Shown: positions 22,861 to 24,000 of the stretch, piece after piece
How positions within the stretch are numbered: position 1 is the stretch's first letter
Layout: each line of letters starts with the position of its first letter
Assembly (NCBI RefSeq): GCF_042683745.1
Contig: NZ_JBHUJX010000019.1
Span: 203,978 to 227,977, forward strand
Length of the DNA stretch: 24,000 nt
Origin: Bacillus sp. CGMCC 1.16607
Lineage (GTDB): Bacteria; Bacillota; Bacilli; Bacillales; Cytobacillaceae
Reading direction: 5' to 3'
The notes under the pieces: model-generated
Seen by the model: the letters and a program-made list of their open reading frames with translations, nothing else
The model's database searches: none
Told to the model about the DNA's origin: nothing
Made by a program: the position numbers and the translations under genes

Positions 22861-22946
22861 ATTCAAATCAATATTTGAATATCAATATAGTCAGTTCATG
22901 CAGAATTTACTAATTTGCCAAAAAATATTCAAATATTTGTTTGAAT
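22861..22946 (-). promoter_or_regulatory. Twin 7-6-7 palindromic operators flanking an orphan sigmaA-type promoter
   Basis: ATTCAAA-TCAATA-TTTGAAT (22861-22880) and ATTCAAA-TATTTG-TTTGAAT (22927-22946). Read with their 2-nt flanks (AT at 22881-22882; AT as the complement of 22925-22926), the two 22-mers on opposite strands differ at two positions. Minus-strand promoter TTGAAT (22927-22932), 17 nt, TAAATT (22904-22909). Confidence 0.45.
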
Positions 22947-22973
22947 GATTTCATACACATTTTTCATGCAAAT

Positions 22974-23026
22974 AGGCAGCAATATTACTCTTCTACCAAA
23001 AGAAGGTGACATCCGCTGCCTTTTTC
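22974..23026. terminator. Hairpin after the EAL gene (T-run on plus strand only)
   Basis: AGGCAGC (22974-22980) pairs with GCTGCCT (23015-23021) and there is an inner CTTCT/AGAAG stem. It is followed by TTTTT on plus, but only by ATTTG on the minus strand, where the EAL gene ends. Confidence 0.4.
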
Positions 23027-23055
23027 CTATTTACTATTTATACTAAATAATCTCT

Positions 23056-24000
23056 CTACACATTAGCCGAAAAATAGTGGCTTCCTTGTGTTTGGAAAAA
23101 CCAATTAGCAAAATCTAATTGAGCCAATGGCTGACTAATGTAATAGCCTTGAACTTGATTGCACTTAATTTCATGTAAAAAGTCTATCTGACTTATTGTT
23201 TCTACACCTTCGGCTATTACTGTCAGTTGTAAATTGTGCCCCATTTCAACTATGCTTTTTACAATGGCCTTTGCTTTTTCATTTTCAGCTAGTTCTAAAT
23301 CCCGAATAAAGGTCCTGTCCACCTTTAAAGTATCAATAGGTAAATCTTTTAAATAACTAAGGGAGGAGTATCCCGTTCCAAAGTCATCGATTGAAATTTT
23401 TATACCCAAATCTCTTAGATCATAGAGCAGTTGAATAGCATGATCAGACTGCTGCATGATACTTTCTGTAATTTCCAATTCTAAATTTTCCGGTCTAAGT
23501 TTTGTTTGGGCTAATGTAGTGCGAACGATTTCGACTAGGTTGGGTTGGTGGAGCTGTTTAACAGATAGATTCACAGACATTAATATATCGATTCCATTAT
23601 CCTTCCAAGCATTCAATTGCCTACATGCTTCGGCGATTACCCACTCTCCAATTGAATCGATTAACCCTGACTCTTCTGCTATTGGAACAAATTCTAGTGG
23701 GGATATAATACCAAGCTCAGGATGCTTCCATCGTAACAACGCTTCCGCACCAACCACTTCTCCATTGGTAATACAACATTTTGGTTGGTATAGAAGATAA
23801 AGTTCTTTGTTTTTAATTGCCTTTCTTAGTCCTTTTTCAAGCTCGATTCTTCTTGCATACATTTCTTTCATATCTGAATTGTAAAATTGAATACGATTAT
23901 GATCCTTTTCTTTTGCAAGATAAAGGGCTGCATGTGAATTTTTTTTCAATGCTTCCAACTCAGTTCCATCCTCTGGGTATAAAGAAATTCCTATTCTTGG
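23056..24000 (-). CDS. GGDEF-EAL protein, partial (N-terminus beyond window end); EAL domain appears catalytically competent
   Basis: EAL motifs are intact (QPK...GAEALLRW, EITES, DDFGTGYSSLSYL, AEGVET, QGY). The frame stays open upstream of the track start to position 24000, reading ...RIGISLYPEDGTELEALKKNSHAALYLAKEKDHNRIQFY, which is the C-terminal end of a GGDEF domain. Confidence 0.85.
   Translation of the reverse strand, partial: PRIGISLYPEDGTELEALKKNSHAALYLAKEKDHNRIQFYNSDMKEMYARRIELEKGLRKAIKNKELYLLYQPKCCITNGEVVGAEALLRWKHPELGIISPLEFVPIAEESGLIDSIGEWVIAEACRQLNAWKDNGIDILMSVNLSVKQLHQPNLVEIVRTTLAQTKLRPENLELEITESIMQQSDHAIQLLYDLRDLGIKISIDDFGTGYSSLSYLKDLPIDTLKVDRTFIRDLELAENEKAKAIVKSIVEMGHNLQLTVIAEGVETISQIDFLHEIKCNQVQGYYISQPLAQLDFANWFFQTQGSHYFSANV

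Overview
Low-GC, Bacillaceae-like chromosomal window, inferred from B. subtilis-like DesK/DesR, PspA, CtaB, Shine-Dalgarno usage and T-rich hairpin terminators. I support about 24 protein genes, mostly on the minus strand. Left to right: ABM monooxygenase, YitT-like membrane protein, TipA/Mta-type MerR regulator, an MCP, a GAF-GGDEF cyclase preceded by a c-di-GMP-I riboswitch, DoxX, a VanW lipoprotein, a UvrC N-terminal-half (Cho-like) GIY-YIG nuclease, a liaIH-like membrane/PspA pair, PTS EIICB plus EIIA(Glc), desK-desR, a degenerate VWA-like protein, a TPP enzyme, a polytopic membrane protein, ctaB, a heme-copper oxidoreductase operon, and a partial GGDEF-EAL gene. Three things stand out. 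(1) The oxidase-like operon is small subunit, CuA subunit II, subunit I, SCO1/SenC, then a Met/His-rich membrane protein. Its subunit I is ba3/B-family-like, but Asn replaces the cross-linked active-site Tyr (HTAVN versus HPxVY). Tandem Fnr-type boxes lie upstream at class II spacing. Together this fits the proposed but uncharacterised sNOR (norSY-senC-orf1) type of nitric oxide reductase better than an O2 reductase. (2) A GC-rich, hairpin-dense, modular intergenic element occurs six times in 24 kb. It has complementary termini, hairpin stems that co-vary between copies, and a conserved GTTCTTT loop. A second, unrelated GC-rich palindromic element is also present. (3) A c-di-GMP riboswitch with a terminator platform controls a diguanylate cyclase that has no I-site. 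I saw no tRNA, rRNA, CRISPR array, transposase, integrase or recognisable defence genes. All similarity statements come from reading the sequence and from memory of protein families; nothing was searched.
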